Of a DNA stretch of 64,000 bases, positions 56,201-62,200 are shown piece after piece (within the stretch, counting starts at the first letter, position 1; each line of letters starts with the position of its first letter). The translations under genes were made by a program, and so were the position numbers. The stretch comes from Barthelona sp. PCE (lineage: Eukaryota): assembly GCA_040285745.1 (NCBI GenBank), contig JAUFOR010000008.1:806001-870000 (forward strand). The letters are read 5' to 3'. The notes under the pieces were generated by a model. The model was not told the DNA's origin. It searched no databases and saw only the letters and a program-made list of their open reading frames with translations.

Positions 56201-59200
56201 ATCACCACCTTCCAACACTGCATCGCTTGAAATTGTGTATGTACGAGGATTTGAACTGCTGCCATATAACATCAAAAGACTATCTTCACCAAACATCCAG
56301 TCCCCACGTATGTTCTGTGCATAATGGTAGTTAACACGAGCATTATGACCCGTTGTTACGTTTCCACCAGTATTATCGAATGGACCGTAAATGTCAAGGG
56401 TAGCACCAGGATTTAAAGAGAGTGAACCATAGTTGTTAAACTCAGAACCAACACAGTTTGACTCGCACAGACAAGTGAGATCTGAAGAAAGCTCAAGAGA
56501 AGCACCGGGTTCAATTCTGAACTCGGCACCACGATCAATCCACAGCTGAGCATCACCACCAGTTACCTGACCGGCACCTGCTGAGACTACGGATGCGGGT
56601 GTGTAGATGCGACGAATATCACTGGGATTATCCACAGCTAATTCAAGAGAGCCTGTACCAATAGTCTGACCATCACGCATGTTACCCTGCAACCATTTCA
56701 CATGATTACCCATAACCTTATCACCACCGTAACGATCAGAAGAGGAACCGTCCATTGAGTAGAAATCACCAAAAACATCATGCCCTGTCCTAAAATACAC
56801 GTTGGAGCTAACCTGTCTGAGATCGTCAAATGTCAGTCCTTGAGCAGTAAAAGAATTGAAGTCAAGAGAGCAAGAGTTAGTTGCATCTCCATCATCAATA
56901 TGGAAAGTATTTGCCATTGAATAAAAACGTACAGTTGCGTGATTACAGTACATTGTGTTAAAGTACGCATCCTGAGGGATCGCACGAATGTCACATACTG
57001 TAGAACCTGTGCAACTCATTGATACATTCCAATCTTCATGTTTATGGTACTCAGAACCAACCATATTAATATATGCATTGTCAGAACTGACTGTGATATC
57101 ATCAATTGAGTGGAAAGAACCGCTCTCAAAGTTGAGACCGCCTGCGCTGTAAGCAATGGTTGATGACATATTATAAACAGAACCAGCCTTGAAATATGCA
57201 TCAATGTAACTGTTAGTGATATACATTGAACTTTCAATACCTTGAAGCTCGCAGTTATCTTCAAAGTAAAACTCGTTAGAGCCACAATTGATAGTAGGAG
57301 CAAGATACAAGTCACAGGTATCACAGAACTCCACAACATTATCTATGTAAGCACCTTCAGCTCCAAGAGTCCAGTCCATGTTTGAAAGACCAGTAAAGTC
57401 AAATGGCGTTGAAGGATAAGTGTACAACTTCCACTGTACGTTAAATACAGCAGTTGCGATAAACTGAACTACACCTTGTAATTGAACTAAAGGTTTGCAG
57501 TTGTAACAATTGTTGCTACGAGGCAACATTTGCACGTCCTTCTCAAATGTAACAGTACCACTTGGGCTGTTGTGGAAGAAAGCTCTGTTACCACCATTGA
57601 CAACAAAGCTCTCAGTAAATACAGCATCAGCATCATTCACGAAAGAAACACGATCAGCACTGGATGAACAGGATGCAGAGGAGGAATAATAAATTTGCTT
57701 AGTACATGAGCTGTCAGATACAAAGCTGTTCTTATTGATCGTGTAACCGCCAGTAAGTGAACCACAGCTCCATCGATAGCTTGTTAGGATGTGAACAGTA
57801 TCGATACCGCCACGGGTACCAGCTTCTTGAGTGAATACTTCAATTGTAAACAGATTAGCAGCACCTGTCTGAGTCGAAAGGTACAAAGTTGCGCTGGAAC
57901 CTGTCATCAAAACCTCTGGTAAATACTGGTTTTGTCCAAATGCTTGCATATGAACTGTACCACTAGCAAAGTTGAACTCTGGAATAGTTAAATTCAAATT
58001 GAAATTCTGCAGATAGATGTCACCACCACGAGGTGAGAATTGTGTGAACTCAACCTTAGAAGAGAAATCATTCAAAGTAACACGTGATGAGGCAGAATCC
58101 ATCTTACCCGAATACAAAATGGGAAGATCCCACACACCAATTCGAGAAAACGTAGTTTGCCCTGAAAGATGTGTCAGGTTGGCAGCAATCAGAGAATCAA
58201 CATCATAGATAGCAAGGTTACCTTCAGTGTATATCCAGCCTAACTGGACGTCAGGAATGTTATACACATTAGAGTCTTTTTGTACCTTCTGTTGATGCCA
58301 AATTGGTGAATGGAAATGAGAGGCGACATTACCGACTGTTAGGCCAGCAGCACCCATCAAATATACACCAGAATACATATCAACGTTTCCGTTAACATTG
58401 AGAATATACGACATCCCGTTGGATAAGATCAAATCTTCATCGATTTCGAACTTCTGCTGAACCGAATTAACCTGTATCTTTCCGTTCAAGTGGATGTATT
58501 GAGTGGTAAAGTTACCACCTATTGTTGTCATTACGACTGTTCCGCTACCGTCAATATACTCCGTAGTGACGTAATCTGCAATGTTAAGGAACTGCAATGT
58601 ACTACTGGACATTTGAGTTTGCTTCACGATTTGTGCAATCTCACCAACAGTGTTCATTGTGAACGTGGAACTCACAAGTGCTGCGTTATGGAAAACCTTA
58701 ACACGCTGGGCAATATTTTGAACAGTAAGCGTTGATGAGCCGAGTGACACATACTTCATCCAATCAACCAGCTTTCCGACTGTGTTGATATTCAGCGAGG
58801 CTGATGACATGTCAAAAGTATCATAAAAGATGACTTCATCCCGGACATTCAAGATTGAAGAAGATTTAGAATTAAAAATAGCTCCTTCAGTTACGTGGAA
58901 CCAACCTTCGACATTATTAACATAAAGAATACCATTGACGTAAAGATGAGTGCGACAGTAGAAATCATTGGAGAGATTTTCAACCCAAAGCTTTCCTGTT
59001 GAGGCCTTTGTTACTTCAATGTCATAAACGATATGAAAATCATTCAATGTAGAAAACCTGGTCATACCAGCTGTGTAGAAGTTATGGGGTACATAGACCC
59101 AATCTAATCTGAACCATGATGATGATCCACCTGTGGAAATGTAGTCCATACCAACTGTGAGGTTACCGTTAATATCGGACCAAGTTGAAGTACCACCAGT

Positions 59201-62200
59201 TACAGTAAGGTTCTTACCAACATGAACACCACCAATAAGATTGGAAACTGTGTTAGAAGAACCTGTTGTCATATAATTCTTAACTGTGATATTACCAACA
59301 ACGTCTGAAATTCCAATTGTACCACCGGTTGAAACAAGAGATTTGTCAAAGAAAATGGTACATGGGATATTCGAAAGAAGTACATTAGATGATGACAGGT
59401 ACTCATCGTGGAAGCGAAGACAATCGCTTGGATTGTGAATTTGCAATCTACCATCGAAGTTAACTGGATTGGGGAAATCAATACGACCTACTGGGTTGAT
59501 AACCTTGAAGTATCCAGTTGTTCCTGAACAAAGAGTGATATCATCATCAAAAATAACTGTATTGTTAATATTATAAAAATAACTGTGTCCACAAGATGAT
59601 ATAGCCTTATGGAAACGAACGTAGTCATCTGCATGATCCAAAATTTGGAAACCACCAGAATTTGAAAAGATAAACTCCTTCAAAAAATTGGTGTTTCCAC
59701 CAACCTCATTAAACTTGAGAATACCAACTCGACCAGTCATTTGATCGTTAAAAAGAATGTCACCTTCAATGATACCAATGAGCCATGTACCAGCATCATA
59801 CACCGAAACACCTTCCACGATATAACTGCCGTTAACAACACCGATCGTGTGCCCACCTGATACCCAAACCGTTTGGTTGAAATACAGGTCTTTACGAATG
59901 TAATTAGAGCTGAATGAACCAGAAACCTGTTTGTAATAACCGTTGACAGTCCAATTACCCTCAACATTACCGAAATACATCACACATCTTTGCGTATCAA
60001 GTTTATCATCAAATAAAATACTATCATCGACCTGGTTAACAGCAAAGCCAGACGAGTATGGGGAACTTGTGTCCTTGCATGTCATCCAACCAACGCGGAA
60101 AATACCACCAATATGATCCATATTCATGTTTCCGTTGATGATATCAAAACCGGTGTGTACCCAAAATCCTTTAGAATAAGGGAGATTCAGCACACCAGTG
60201 ATGTACAATGACCAAACCTCAAAGATGTCTTCAAGTCCGTATATGTTAGTCGTGCCATGAACCTTCATGCCACCCTTCCACACCTTGAAGAAACCACTAA
60301 TATTTTGGAACTGAGTGAAACCAGCAACTTGATTATAATCCTCAAAATACACGCTGTCCAAGCAATTGTCAACGTACATCTTTGATGAACTGGCCTGGTA
60401 GAATGTATGAACATCCAAGAACCTACGCACAGTGTGGAAATACAAGAGCGCGGAATTCGTCAATGAGATTGAAGTGAAGTTGACATTGGGAGTGTACTTG
60501 TCACCCTCAACGTGTACGTTTGAAGAAAGTCTCATTGTAATATTCTCGATATCGTAAAGAGAATCCACAGTGAAGTTGAAATAACCAGTGTATTGCTGGA
60601 AATGTGCATTGAGCTCATATAGACCTTCAAAGACAATATGTGATGTTGTACGACGACACAAAAGCTCACCTGGTCCATGGAACTCTGACTCATTGTGACC
60701 AACCATATAAGCAGTGTGTCCAACACCAAGAACACCGGCCGTGTCAACAAATACTTGATTGTAAATGTGTGCTTGACCTAATTGGAAACGAAGTTCAGCG
60801 CTTTCCTCGACAATGAGCTGTCCGTGGTCAATATAATCAGCCTGGACATATGTGAGCATAGAGCGAGCACCCTTTACGATTGTACCGTTATTGGTGATAA
60901 TCGGGTGGAGAGCTCGATCAGTACATAACTCGTAGAAGTAGTTGGTGTTGATGCGAGGGACGTCAACAAAGCGTAGAAGTCCTGACTCAGCAACGGTGAT
61001 AGACGTGCCACATCCCATATACATAATTCCGCTTGTAAAATTAACCTCATGATATACAATAAGATGACCTAATATACCATAGAGATTATGCTCCTGAACA
61101 GTGTGAATGTGTCCCTGGAGCACGTGCATGATGATACCAACCTGACCCTGCATCCACTCAAAGTAGTTAACCTCAAGTTGATCACTGCCAGCAATCACAC
61201 CGGAGTACATAATGAGCTGATTAATCGGAAGAACCATCGTATCATTAGCACGTATAAGAGAAGTGTTGCTGAACCCATTGCTCGGAACGGCAGTTTCTGA
61301 GTCAAACATTACATGTGAGTCAAACACTGCAATATAATCGAAGTGCCACTGTATATCACGAAGCTCCATGTTGTACCAACGAACAGCAAAGTGCAAATCA
61401 GTGTGCAAGTTGATCTCACCTGCAAAAATTGCCTTTCCGTACCGACCATAGAACGTTTCAATGCATAAATTGGCTCCTGGTTGAACATATAAAAGACCAT
61501 TCCAAATGTATTTCCATGTACGACTAATGCAGACATGACCAGTAATAAACTGGACACTATCACGACCTTCCATATAAAGATGAGCGTCGGTTGAGCCGTT
61601 GATTGTACAGTTGGATTTGATGTGGAAGATGGACCTGACATTCATAATAACAGTATCAGCCATCATATCGATAAAACCACGCTGACATGTACCTCCTCTT
61701 GTGAGGAGCAAATACCAGCCTGCATCAATTTGATGTCGACCATCATTATCAATAACATAATGCCAAGAGACAGTAGTGTTACCAGTACCGTTGATCTTGT
61801 GCAAGTGACCGTAAACCTCAAAGTAGGGAATGCCACTCTGATAAACAATGTTGAGATCATTCATATGCATAAAGTATGCGTTATTGTCCACTCGGAAATG
61901 TGCGTCACTGTAACCCTGGAGTGTACCTTCGTTATGATAACCCCAAGTATTAACTGTACCGATACTGTTCGCTTGCAAGCGCTTGTATCCAGTAGTCTCC
62001 ATACGAAGATTGGTAGCATTAAAGCAAGACGATGTATCAAGGGTACCATATAAGAAATTCATATGTAGAGGGTACCAACATGTAGCACCACCGAAAACAG
62101 CAGCACCAACCACTGTAAAGTTCTTGTTAATGGGTTGAACGAGACCATTATCAATACTGGAGTGGAAGTGTCCTGTTCCTTCAATGTAAACAGTATCCAT

